Shown: positions 11,631 through 23,780, numbered from the stretch's first letter. The stretch: 64,000 nucleotides of DNA from Octopus sinensis (GCF_006345805.1 NC_043007.1:47678001-47742000), one strand, 5' to 3'. The notes: generated by a model from the sequence alone, not told the origin. Made by a program: numbers and translations.

Positions 11631-12160
11631 TCTCACGCTTCCATTCGGCCACACTGTTTCTCCCCATGGCCAATCTGTAATATATGCAACTCTTGCCACA
11701 TTAACCACAAACCGTTCTAAACGCTGTATCATAAATTATTCATTTCCTCATTAAATACTAAGTTTTTCTTTCTCTTATTTTCTTTTTTATGTTCTTAATA
11801 CGAGATCCCTGCAGACTCTTTCCCCGCTTCCTTGATGCACACCACACACCTGCCATTTGGTAGATGTTCTCGTTTCATTCGACTCCTTTCCCTAGCCAAA
11901 GCCCTGCCACTCGCTGCTCTGTTCCTCACTCGGATTAATGCATGTGTCCACTTCATTGACTCTTTAATGAACTGTTAATTTCGAGGAAATGATAAATGTG
12001 TTGTTTAAATGTGATCAAAGATTGAATAGTGGGTGAGTGGGGGGCAATTGGTTTGGGGAGGTAAAATGAGAAATCAGAAACAGACAGACAGACAAGACAG
12101 AGAGGGAGTGGTGGAAGTGGAGTAGGAGGAAGAGAAGGGAAAGAAAAAGAAGAGGAAGAG

Positions 12161-12315
12161 ATGATGATGATGATGATGAATATGATGATGCGCATAGGTG
12201 GTGTGGTGGTGGTGGAGGTGGTGGAGGCGGCGGCGGCGGCGGCAGCGGTGAAGGTGGTGGTGGCGGCGGTGGCGGCGGTGGCGGCGGCGGCGGCGGAGGT
12301 GGTGGTGATGGTGGC
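12161..12315. repeat. (GAT)n-(GGT)n-(GGC)n trinucleotide island
   Basis: Direct reading; strongly GC/CpG-rich. Confidence 0.9.
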
Positions 12316-13254
12316 GAGAGAGATAGAGAAAATAGTGAGAGTTAAGAAAAGCTTTGAAGCCGAATTTAAGTCTGTGAAATGAGCTTTCAATGGATCCTTA
12401 TCATTCGGTTAATGTATTCATTATTGTGTCTTATGTCGTGGAGAAAAAGAGAGGTCTAACGTTTCGGACATTTGTCATTTATCGAAAAGAGATAGAGAGA
12501 AATACAAATCTTTTCGCTAAGCTGTATAAATTGTAGATGAGAAAATGAGGTTGAGAAAATGTCTCGATAGCGATATGTGGAAAGTAAATGAGAAAGTTAG
12601 GGTGAGCTAATGAGTTGTGTGGATGGTGATGAGTAATGAAGAGGTTAAACAATGTAGGTGAATGGAAAATATGGTGAAAAGGTGATCAAAGTAGTTGTAA
12701 GATACCTTCTCTCTCTCTCTTATCTTAGAAGAGATAAGTGAGAGAGGGTTGAGCAAGGTGAGGAGGATAAAAACAAAAGCACATTACTCGATAAAACGAA
12801 GAGTGAGTGACCCGGCAATAATGGTTCTAAGCAATGAATAAATAAAAGTTCGTAAGAGAAAAATAAAACTAAATAATTGATAGTTCGAAGATGAAAAACC
12901 TTGCTGCAATTATGAGCAGATATCTCCAACATTTTACTTCTTCCCGCATAGTACAACTCCTACACTACTCACACCACTAAACAACACAACTACACACTCC
13001 ACCCACCGCACAACACACCTACACCTCCCACTCTATACAAACCACTTCCCACACTGCACTAGCCTTAGAGGACTTTGCAAGTATAGGCCCCACTGAAGAA
13101 TCCATACATATTCTTACCTATGAGTGTACAGATTGCTTCATGTGCAACTGAAGTTAGCACTCCTTTTGTAATATCAGTTATGCATGACAACAAGCAGTAA
13201 ATATGTGCCGATAAATATTAGATGTTCTTGTTGGGTGTGTATCCAATTTTCAAA

Positions 13255-13445
13255 TTTACTAAAGCCCAAGAGGGTGTAAGTCAATTATATTGAACCAAGT
13301 CTTCAAACTGGTACTTATTTTATTGACCATGAAAGGATGAAAGGCAAAGTCGACCTCGAAGGAATTTGAATTCAGATCGTAAAGACGGCGAAATGCTACT
13401 AAGCAATTTTGCCCGACATGCAAACGATTCTGCCAGCTCGACACC
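13255..13445 (-). mobile_element. Family B SINE
   Basis: Reverse complement of the GAGCTGGCAGAATCGTT..AAATTCC..GAGGTCGACTTTGCCTTTCATCC consensus. Confidence 0.85.
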
Positions 13446-13499
13446 TTTACAACATGTCTAATACTGATTTCAAATTTTGGCACAAGGCCAGCAACATGT

Positions 13500-13650
13500 C
13501 TAATATTAGTTGTATTACAAGAGTGTTCATAAAGAGGCTTTCTACTTCCATACTGAAAATATGGCCAACTTTGTCACTCTCCCGTATGTTTTCTACGAGT
13601 CTGTCTGATGAGTGTAGTATACTCTATCCTTCTCCTGTACATTTCTTACA
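13500..13650 (-). mobile_element. Degraded Penelope-like RT fragment
   Basis: Minus-strand peptide LVENIRESDKVGHIFSMEVESLFMNTLV resembles the PLE RT motif SLDVESLFTNVP. Confidence 0.45.
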
Positions 13651-13657
13651 TCAAGAT

Positions 13658-13915
13658 CAGTGGTTCCAAACCATTTTTTACCTATGGACACCTTTGATAC
13701 CTGTTTTATTCTACTGGACTCTAATAAACATTGGATGATTTTAAAAGTCCCATTATATTTTTATGATTTATCATTATTAAGAATGGTATCAAAAAAATTG
13801 TTAAAATATGTTTTGCGTATTGTAGAAGTTTAACCAATTTATTGCAGATAAATTTTAACAGTAAAATCTTATGTGGAGCCCCAAATGTCATGAGGACTCT
13901 GGTCGAGAACCATTG
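13658..13915. mobile_element. hAT (Charlie-like) MITE
   Basis: TIRs CAGTGGTTCCAAACC / GGTCGAGAACCATTG; flanks atcaagat / ttctagct match 5 of 8, near the NTCTAGAN target consensus. Confidence 0.7.
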
Positions 13916-15000
13916 TTCTAGCTGTTTAGCGATCCAGTCAAATTTTCGATCAGAATGGGTTATTTTATTTGTGAGTTTTTACGACACCATAGATATGTAC
14001 TTGCAAACGCGCCCTTAACGTTAAACGGAATGCAACTCATTTAAGTGTTTTGCATCGGTAATTAATTTATCAAGTTCAATATTCAATTGCGCAGTGTTTA
14101 TTTCTTAATCTTTATAGATTTCCTTGTATAATATAGTATATTGTTTATTTTTGTAATGCATTTGTGAATGTTGATTGTAACGAACATATTTCTCATATTA
14201 CTTTTACATATAACGATTTTATAGTCGTTCAACATATCCTGTAGAGCTTGTTTGATATTCAGGCTAAAGGTATTATTTTTTCGTTGTGGTTATTTCTTTT
14301 TACAGTACCTTCACACCGAAATAAATATCTTAGAATTAACGGCTAAAGAATTGTATATCTGGCGATGATGATATCATCACTAATAGCATTCTACCTATGG
14401 CCCTTACAGTCTACAATAAAACGCAGTTCAAAATAGAACATTAAAACCAAATACAATCCGAAAGAGAGAGGAGTACTAGAAACATTGATATATCAAGGAA
14501 TGTTATTACTCCAAAATAAGCTAAAAGGATAATAAAAAAATATGAAAACCATTAATAAATAGATTAAACGCAAATACAGTCCTATCTTTGAAACTTCAAT
14601 GTTCTAAAAAAAGGTTTTTTTTTTTCTAATGTGAGTGTGTGTGGACTGATATTGATATTGATATATTGTCAACAACCGGAAATTACAACATCACGACAGT
14701 GTCTACCACAAAACCACCTCAACCAATAAATGTTAAAATCTTATCGCGATACTTAGCGTCCTGTACATTGGCACAAAGAAATAAAATGATAGAATAAATC
14801 TATGATCGATCTAAATGACTTGGTATAATTATCATGTTGTCAGTGATAGCTGAGTAAAGATAAGCAAGTCCGGAATTATTAACGAGAGATAAATTCAAAC
14901 ACTTTCAGGTATTTAACACAAGTTTCTACTGGTTTCCATCGGTGGATGCTGGGTCTAGAAGTTTGGGCTACAGCCTAAACTGAACAGCTTTTAATATCTA

Positions 15001-15570
15001 TTCAAATTCCGCCGAGGTCGATTTGGCCTTTTATCCTTTCGGGGTCGATAAATTAAGTACCAGTTACACGTTGGGATCGATATAATCGACTTAATCCGTT
15101 TGTCTGACCTTGTTTGTCCCCTCTATGTGTAGCCCCTTGTGGGCAGTAAAGAAATAAGAAACGTTAGGACGCCAGACCAAAAATGCATAGCTACATTTCG
15201 TTTGTCTTCATGTTTCGCCGAGGTCGATTTTACCTTTTATTCTTCCGGGGTCAATAAAATAACTACCAGTTAAGCACTGGGGATGATGTAATTGACTTGT
15301 CCGCGCCCCCAAAATTGCTGGCTTTGAGCCAAAATTTGAAACCAATATCTATGCAAACATTAAGGCGGAGAACTAATAGAATCGATACCGCTCAGGGCAA
15401 AATGCTTAGAGGCATTTCGTCCGTCTTTATGTTCTAAATTCAAATGTAACCGAGGTCGACTTTGCCTTTCATCCTTCGGAATCGATAAAATAGGTACCAG
15501 TGAAGAACTGAGGATCAACGTAATCGATTCCTCCTCCAAAACTGCTGACCTTGTGCTAAAATTTCAGATC
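15001..15570 (+). mobile_element. Three head-to-tail family B SINE copies
   Basis: CCGAGGTCGA core at about 15012, 15217 and 15450; two different 3' tails. Confidence 0.85.
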
Positions 15571-16584
15571 AATATCTGTGCAAGTATTTGTTCGTTGAAA
15601 CAATAGGTTTCTTGAAGCATGACCTGTTGTGGTGATAGTGTGTTAATATAGAGAAGAGGCGTTATAAAATGTGTTGGAACCAGTTATATCAAATGTGATG
15701 GAGCATTAAGCTTCAGAAACAAAGAAGAAGGAAAAAAACAAAACTAAGATAACCATTTCTTTCGTGACCAGCTATTTGATTAAATATTTAAAAGGTCCAC
15801 ATAGTCATTCATTCGTGGATGTGGATGTGAGTGTAGGATTGCGTATGTATGTATGTGGGCGTTTGTGTGTATTCGCGTGTGTGTATAAGTGTGTATTAAG
15901 TGTGTATTATACTTATGTGCGTGTAGTGTTTCGTGTGTGTTTATGTGTATTATACGTGTCAGTGTGGTTTTGTGAATGTGTGTATCATGCATGTGTGAGT
16001 GTGTACTATGCATGAGTGTTTGTGGTTTTGTGTGTGTGTGTGTGTGTGTGGCTTTGTGCGTGTGACTTTGTGTGTATGGTTTGTGTTTGTGGTTTTGTGC
16101 GCGTTATACGCGTATGTGTGTGGTTTTGTGTATTATGGATGTTCGTTTGTGTGTGCATGCGTGCGTTACTAGGCGCCATTAAAGTTTCAAAGAGTGATTG
16201 TAAATAAACAACATTACTAACCCTAACTACTCTCCGCATAACAACAACAACGGTGTCGACGTCGATACCACCACCACCAACAACAACAACATGAACTGTG
16301 TCAATCCTATTCTGAACCCTTAATCTCTCCTCTACAAACCACGATAAATTACAAAGAAATGCCAGATAATGAAGCATAAACTAAGTTAAAATGAAGGAAC
16401 ACTTAAAAGGACATGTGAGGGGCACGAATTGTTGTCGCAGTATATTTCAACTGATCGCATACATTTTTTTTTCTTTATTCTTTTATTTGTTTCAGTAAAA
16501 GGACTTCGTCATGTTGGGGCACCAACTTGTAGGGTTGGCCGAAACAAACGGAACCCCAGGATTTAATTTAAGTTTCACACATTT

Positions 16585-17260
16585 CTGTTGTCTTTTCGAA
16601 GGTAATACTGAACTGCTATGTAACAAGATCGATTATTGGGACCGCCTTAAAGCCTTGAAACTCTACTCTCTCCAGCGCCGCCGCGAGCGGTACATCATTT
16701 GTACGATGTGGAGAATATACTGCCAGCATTGCCCAAATGACCTGAACATTAGTTTCAAGGTTCATCCAAGGCTGGGAATACGGGCTATACGTCCCCTGCC
16801 CAATTCAGGATCACAACACATAGGTACCCTGCGACACAATTTCTTTTCCTCAACAGGCCCTGCCCTGTTTAACGTTGTCCCAAAACTGATCAAAGAGGAA
16901 AAGGATCCCGTCACCTTTAAACGTGGTCGGGACAGATTTCTTCAAGGAATACCAGATAAGCCACCCATACCTATTTCTTTATTACCCACAAGGGGCTAAA
17001 CACAGAGGGGACAAACAAGGACAGACATAGGTATTAAGTCGATTCCATCAACCCCAGTGCGTAACTGGTACTTAATTTATCGACCCCAAAAGGATGAAAG
17101 GCAAAGTCGACCTCGGCGGAATTTGAACTCACAACGTAACGCAGACGAAATACCGCTAAGCATTTCGCCCGGCGTGCTAACGTTTCTGTCAGCTCGCCAC
17201 CCATACCTGGATACAACTCACCCAACAAGAACTCACTACTTGAATGGACCATAATACCAC
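16585..17260 (+). mobile_element. CR1/L2-like LINE 3' end (ORF2 C-terminus), interrupted by a SINE
   Basis: IDYWDRLKALKLYSLQRRRERY..GPALFNVVPK..FKRGRDRFLQGIPDKPPIP, resuming after the SINE as PGYNSPNKNSLLEW. Confidence 0.85.
16972..17200 (-). mobile_element. Full-length family B SINE with 12-bp TSD GCCACCCATACC
   Basis: TSD at 16960-16971 and 17196-17207; body is the reverse complement of 56321-56533. Confidence 0.92.
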
Positions 17261-17370
17261 AAAAACTTACAAAGGATTTAGATAATCCTATCAGATGGTG
17301 CTATTAAGTTAGACATGGCCTGGACCAACCTTTGGTCGAAACATATTTAAGTTTTATGTATATATATATA

Positions 17371-19370
17371 AATGGAGTTAAACGCAGGTGTAATTCAAAT
17401 TCTTTTACTTCCGACACATGTTTCGAAGATATCACTAGTATTATTCCAAAGGAATAAAATGGTGTGAAACAATGTAATCTTCTCTTCAGGGAAGTGTAGA
17501 AATGAAACTCGTCAATAAGACATTTTAACAGAAAATGATGGATATGTATAATGATTAATTGGACGCTATTAATATTGTTTCAAAAAAACTTTATAGGATA
17601 AAACGTCAGATGTAGCCTATGGAAAGGGGAGGGATAAAGTAGAGGAAAACTAAATAAATGAGAAGTATATGACTATATGTATATTAAATAAAACCTTATA
17701 TACTAGGAAAATATATATTTAGTGAATGTGAAATATAAAAAGAAAATTAATGTATAGATTATATATAATGATAGAGATCACTTATATGAACTAAGGGTGT
17801 GTTTTTGCCAATGTTTACATTGGTATGCACGCTCTATAACCGTGTTTAAAAGAAGAGTTTTAGAAAAAATAAAAAATAGTTCAGAATTACAGAGAAGACA
17901 GAATTCCTAGTCTTTATCCATAAGGTATCTAGATTGAGAATCAACCAATCTAAATTAAATTGTTTATTGTGGCCTTTAGATCCCAAATTAATTTACTAAG
18001 CCCTGTACTGTTACGTTTATTTCTATCCCTAAATGAAGAGTAATGATTAGAAATTCTTTTAGATAACTGGGAAGAAGTTCTTCCTATATAAAAATATACT
18101 TGATTACAAGTAATAATTTTACACTGCTATATAAAATTTTAAATTTTACAGTTACTTGACATAAACGTGATTCTGTTGTAATTGACTTCTGATACAATAA
18201 CTTTATTATTAATATTTCTAGAGGGATGGATGGTATTAGCTAAATTAACGTTAGTATTAGTTTATGTATTAATATTTAACAGGTTGATATTATATGAAGA
18301 GATAATTTGTAAGGGATTTTTAGTGTTTGAAAAACCAATCCTAACCGTATATGAGTTGATAATAAAGTAATGCCTAGAATTCTTTGGAAAATTCCTATTA
18401 ATAGCTTCACGAAACTGCAATGGAAGATTAGATTTAATTTACCTCACGTATGGAATAATTAACCAAATGGTTTTACTACTAGTTATCTTATTTTTAGTGT
18501 AATTATTTTTGAAAGACTTAAATTTACCTTTAGAATGAAAACAGGGGATTGAATAAGGGTTATCTCCCTTCGTCCGTTTTGTTTTGGTGTATAAATTAAA
18601 ATTGATATCTATAATTTCTTTACAACTAGATTTCATATCTACATTAGTAAAGTTAGAATAAGATTGAATGGAATCAATGTAGGTAACTTTCTCTGTATAA
18701 CATGCTTTAAGTAAGGCAGAATTATAAAATTCGGCTTTATCATTGAAAATGTCAACATTAGCAGATAACTTAGACAATCTCAATGAAATATTCTTAACTA
18801 AGTTCCTAGTAATTACCCTAGAATGATTACTGAATTTGCTAATATACTTAAGATTGGTCGATGGTTTATGGTATGGGAAGTAAGAGTTATTGTGTAAGTT
18901 AAGTGTAATGTCTAAAAAGTTGGCTTTCGTCATATCATCATCAAAAACGAAGCTTAAACCCATTCTTCGGAAAATTTTAACTAAATTATTCTTAACTTTT
19001 TGTACCTTTTGGTTGGAAACATTTTGGAGGTAAAATAAACAATCATCACGATATAGACCTCCATTAATGTTTTGGAGCTGTTCTGTCATTTCAAGGTGGC
19101 TTATCTGGTATCCCTTGAAGAAATCTGTCCCGAACACGTTTAAAGGTGATAGAATCCTTTTCCTCTTTGATCAGTTTTGGGACAATGCTAAACAGGGCAG
19201 GGCCTGTTGAGGAAAAGAAATTGTGTCGCAGTGTACCCATATGTTGTGATCCTGAAGAGAAGATTACATTGTTTTACACCATTTTATTCCTTTGGAATAA
19301 TATTAGTGATATCTTTGAAACATGTGTCGGAAGTAAAAGAATTTGAATAACACCCGCGTTTAACTCCATT
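17371..19370 (-). mobile_element. Penelope-like element, 5'-truncated, RT and GIY-YIG remnants, with 120-bp inverted terminal repeats
   Basis: ORF 18439-19137 has GLYRDD..NFLDITL..YHKP..YISKFSNH; downstream GRTSSQLSKRISNHYSSF..RNSTGLSKLIWDLK is GIY-YIG-like. 17371-17490 and 19251-19370 are inverted copies with 5 mismatches in 120. Confidence 0.9.
17407..17495 (-). ncRNA. Type I hammerhead ribozyme in the PLE 3' terminal repeat
   Basis: ACTTCC-CTGAAGA-GAAGAT-[long loop]-ATCTTC-GAA-AC-ATGT-GT-C^GGAAGT: perfect 6-bp stem I, perfect 6-bp stem II, intact core, GUC triplet, minimal stem III with near-palindromic loop. Confidence 0.8.
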
Positions 19371-19539
19371 TATTTATTTTTATGTATTATACAAAAAAAT
19401 TTCACATAAAACCGAAATTTCTACCTTTAAAAACAAGGAGTTACAACCTTTTACCTTGTGTGGTTTTTTGCTACCCTGGTGACTATTTATCTATTTATCT
19501 ATTTTTTCCATGTTATTTATTAACAAGGGAAAAATGGAC

Positions 19540-19553
19540 ACACACACACAAAC

Positions 19554-19633
<80 letters not shown>

Positions 19634-19906
19634 GTATATATATGTATGTATATATATGCATATATAATATATACATATATATATATATATATATAATATA
19701 TAATATATATATATGCATATATATATGCATATATAAATATATACATATATATATATGCATATATATATATACATATATATATATGCATATATATATATGC
19801 ATATATAAATATATACATATATATATATGCATATATATATATACATATATATATATGCATATATATATATGCATATATATATATATATTATATATATATA
19901 TATATA

Positions 19907-19937
<31 letters not shown>

Positions 19938-19965
19938 GCATATATATATATATGTGTGTGTGTGT
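19540..19965. repeat. (TA)n array with higher-order TGCA/TACA/TAAA periodicity
   Basis: Direct reading; source of ORFs 19382-20091. Confidence 0.95.
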
Positions 19966-20354
19966 ATGCCGCTTGTATTTGAATACTATGCAAATATTCT
20001 CTTTAAAAACTTTTCTTTTAATTTTTCCAAAATTTAATTGTTTTCCATAGTTCGTTATTATATATATGTAGAAGGTTGAAAAGGAACACACCAGTTTATA
20101 TATGTGGAAAAAAAATGAAGGTAGAAAATGCTAAAATAATTTTATAAAAAACATTTCAGTCCGGTTTCAGTCACTGAGACTTTTTCAACTGTAAGTATGG
20201 AAAACCCAAAAAATTTTGGAAAAATTAAAAGAAAAGTTTTTTAAAAGAATATTTGCATAGTATTATACAAGGGGCATTTTCCTTGTTTCTGCCAGTCTCT
20301 GTCTCTCTTATTTACTCTTGTGGGCTCAAGGTCATTGTGAATTCTTGGCAGGGG

Positions 20355-20465
20355 AGAAGAAGGAGAAGAAGAAGAAGAAGCAGAAGAAGAAGAAGAAGAA
20401 GAAGAAGAAGAAGAAGAAGAAGAAGAAGAAGAAGAAGAAGAAGAAGAACGAGGAGGAGAAGGAGG
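20355..20465. repeat. (GAA)n trinucleotide repeat
   Basis: Direct reading; source of the poly-Arg ORF. Confidence 0.95.
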
Positions 20466-22265
20466 GGGAGGAGAATGCGGGTGTAGTAGGATGTTAATTG
20501 GTCAAGTGCCCTGAAAGTGACTTTTTGTCGATGGTAGTAGTGATTGAATTCTTGAGATATCTCTTTTGAATGTATTGTTTATAATATTTGCATAGGTGTT
20601 ATTCTAAACAGAAGTAGTAGTAAAGAAAGGAAGGTGGTGGCGGAAAGGGAGAAGAAGAAGAAGGAGAAAGAGAAAGAAAGAATAATAAGAGAATGCGGGA
20701 CGGTATGATAGTAGTAGGATGTTAAATGGTCAAATGACCTAAAAGTGACTTGATGTGAATTACAGCAGTGATTGGGACTGTTTTTAATGAATTTTTGGGT
20801 ATCTCTTGAACGTATCATTTTTAATATTTGCTTGTGCGTTTGTGTTAATCTAAGGCAGTGATGGAAATGCCGTTTGTTGTAGATGCGTTCAAAAGGGGTC
20901 TGTATTTAGTAATAAAGAGAGTATTTTTACTAATTCGTTGGGTACAGGTTGTATTGTCCCTGAATTGGTAGAGGGGAAAAATTCTGAAGCTTGAATTTTT
21001 GTTATTGGCGCAAATGTCGATGTGTTGGCTGAATGCTATTTTTCTGTTTTAGCGAATTTTGATTTGGGATCTGTGCAGAACCTTCCTTTGACGTAGACTG
21101 TTTTTTGTTTTGTTTTGTTTTTTTGGCATGTGTATTGCTCTTGACACCCAGAGTAGGTTAGTGAGTATATCAGGTTCTCCGAAGCACATGTGAAGCTACT
21201 TTTCACTGTGAAACGTTGTCCCTGCTTGAAGGAGAACTCTGATCCCTCAATTAAATTGACGCATATCCCACAGTTGTGTCTTCCGCATTTTTTTACTGAC
21301 GGCTCCTCTGTTGTTGCTGAGCATATTCGGGCTTGTGTTAGGAGACTTTTCATAGATTTGCTTTTTATGATGGTGTGTGTTTGGAGGATTAAGTTCATTC
21401 TGTGGTCCTTTTTTTTTTTAGCAAGGGAATGTTTTGAAGGATGGTGTCGAAGGCTTCATTGCTAAGAGGGTTGTGTGTGGAGATGTATGGTGGGGCTTTT
21501 GTTTGTAAATACTTCTTTAATTTGAGACGTCTGAGTTCGTGGATGTTGAGTTGTAGGGCATGTTGAAAGTATATGTCAATTAGTGAACATGGGTAGTTCC
21601 TGGTGATGAGTGTATCCTCTAGTTCATGTAGTCGTGTATTTCTGGTGCTTGCATTAGAAACTATAGTACATATCCTTTTTGCTAGGTTGAAGGGGATATT
21701 CATTCTGGTATGTCTGGGGTGGCATGAGTTGAACGGTAAATATTGCTTGGAGTCTGTGGGCTTATAGTATATATCTGTTTCTGTCACGTTGTTAGATTTC
21801 TTAATGAGGATGTTGAGAAAGGGAAGTTAATGATGGTTATATTCTATCGTGAATTGGATGTTTACGTCAAGTCCATTTAAAAGCGCTTGGAATTCTTTAA
21901 GTTTCTCTACCTTTTCATGTCAAAGAATGAAACAGTCATCCAGGTATTTCTTCCAGTTATTTTCTATGTAGAGGGAGAATGGGCCGCCGTATTTTTCTAG
22001 AACCTTACGATAAAGACTAATTTCTAGATATCCCATGACTAGGTTGTCAAAGGAGGGGACCATTCTCCCACCCATCACAATCCCCGATTTTTGTCGATAG
22101 AAGTTGTCTTTGAAAACGAAGAAGTTATTCTCCAAGTTGAATTTTAGCCCTTTCATCACGAATTCTGTTTTCGATGCGATGTGAGAGTTTGTTGGCGTAA
22201 TTCTCTAACCAGAATTGAATTGCCTCTATTCCTAGGTCATGCGAGGAAAAGAATGATGTACCATC
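20460..22265 (-). mobile_element. Penelope-like element (Neptune-like): RT, zinc-finger linker and GIY-YIG, frameshifted
   Basis: PHDLGIEAIQFWL, YRQKSGIVMGG..WKKYLDDCF, DIYYKPTDSKQYLPFNSCHP, CGRHNCGIC..FTCASENLIY; two diverged 3' direct repeats at about 20470-20600 and 20690-20830. Confidence 0.9.
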
Positions 22266-22458
22266 TAAAGTTAAAGAAAAGTTGAAAGAATAAAAGATAG
22301 CAAGTATCCATATTTCAAATATTGGGATTCCCTTGACTACCGTAATTCATTCAGATTTTCGTATGAAATAAATAGAAAATATTATGGGAACTCGGTACAT
22401 ATTATAACTAAATCCAGTGTTGTACGTGAGTAGTTTCACGGATCATGTCAATCAGAAT

Positions 22459-22860
22459 CAGATTTTTTAATTAATTTTTTTAACTTAACAGTTTGAAACT
22501 TCAGCTACTGGCTGAATGTGTCAGAGGTTTTTCTATTCTGTAAATGAAAAAGTTTGGCTACTTTTTCTATCAGGTCATGCAACTACATATAGGCTCCGTT
22601 GTTAGTCTGTCTCACTAATAATTTTGTAAAAACGAGCCGAAAGTTGTTGTTCGCAAACAGCAGCAGTAACTTTCTTCAGCTGAATACACGTCATTGATTG
22701 GTTAAAGTTGCCCAAATACAACAACTTTAACACGAAATAACTTCTAAAATACAAAATTTTGTCGAAAATGTTAAGAGTAAACCGTGTTCTACGCGACACA
22801 TTCCATCAGTATACGAAATTTCAAAGTGTTTAGTTAAAAAAAAATTAATTAAAACATCTG
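22459..22860. mobile_element. MITE with about 70-bp imperfect TIRs
   Basis: CAGATTTTTTAATTAATTTTTTTAACTTAACAGTTTGAAACTTC..GAATGTGTC versus the reverse complement of 22795-22860; superfamily unclear. Confidence 0.65.
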
Positions 22861-23494
22861 TACTTCAGATCGAAAAGGTTCCTGCACTCTTCTCCTGAAT
22901 GCATAATTTATTATCAAATTTATATACTATGGCCCTTCGTTTTATGCTAGCAGCAATAGTATGCGCTATCATGTTTTATTTGGTTGTGGCTCATAGGAAT
23001 TTGCGCAAGTTTACTTTAACCTTCCAGCGCTCAAGGAGGGGTTCTTTTTGACAGCCGTAATGAAGCTGGGTGATCGACCTGCTCTAATCTGGTGGGGGAA
23101 CTTTTTGCGCTATAACGTGGTTAAGTATCTATTTAATTTTTTAACGCATAGTTCCGGTTCATCGGTATCGATATTGTTATACACAAGATCACTCCCGCAA
23201 ATCATCTCCTCAAATTTCTCTATTGTATAATCAATATTTACAAATGGATCCAACTATATCCATGCTACTTATAATGCAATCTGTGAGATTGCAGGAATAC
23301 CTGTAGTCTCTGAATCTGCAAGTGGGGTCGCCAGTGGTGCGGTGGCAGACATTCAGTGATATCTCTATTAATAAGTTCATGATAATCGAGAGGAAACATC
23401 ATAAACTCAAACTCACAAAGCACCAAAACAAGGAATTAAAATTCACAATACCACGAAGGGAGAGTGTCTTCTACGATAGCCGCGACCAAAACCT

Positions 23495-23780
23495 TTTGAG
23501 TGGATGTGGCAGAAGGAAACTGAAAGAAGCCTGTCGTGTATGTGTGTGTGTCTTTGTGTCTATGTTTGTCCCTCCACCCACCGCTTGACAACTAGTATTG
23601 ATGTATTTAAGTCGCCGTAACTCAGTGGTTGGTTCGGCAAAAAAAAACCCGATAGAGTAAGAACCAGGTTTTAAAAAAAAGTACTGGGGTCGATTCATTC
23701 GGCTAAACATTTCTTCAAGGTGGTGCTTCAGCATGGCCACAGTCTAATGACTGAAACAAGTAAAAGATAAAAGATAAAAG
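23495..23780 (+). mobile_element. Family A SINE, 5'-truncated
   Basis: GGAAACTGAAAGAAGCCTGTCG through GACTGAAACAAGTAAAAG. Confidence 0.85.

Noticed and set aside
10274-11754. Longest ORFs in the track (256, 208, 190 aa), hydrophobic and L/S/F-rich
   Set aside because: Products of the stop-poor (CT)n tract; no domain-like sequence.
12161-12382. Poly-Met/Val/Ala ORF
   Set aside because: Direct translation of trinucleotide repeats.
14307-14370. Plus acceptor followed by YLHTEINILELTAKELYIWR*
   Set aside because: Isolated, with no compatible upstream exon; chance-level evidence.
15001-15570. Regularly spaced repeats superficially CRISPR-like
   Set aside because: Units are about 200-bp diverged SINE copies, not short identical repeats with unique spacers; no cas genes; eukaryotic context.
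20155-20195. Hammerhead-like motif on the minus strand (AGTC/GACT stem, GAAACCGG)
   Set aside because: Core reads TTGAAAA and the cleavage triplet is damaged; treated as an inactive PLE relic, not a functional RNA.
23040-23330. Minus-strand protein-like stretch (IEKFEEMICGSDLVYNNIDTDEPELCVKK..)
   Set aside because: Several in-frame stops and no motif I can name; possibly an old LINE fragment.
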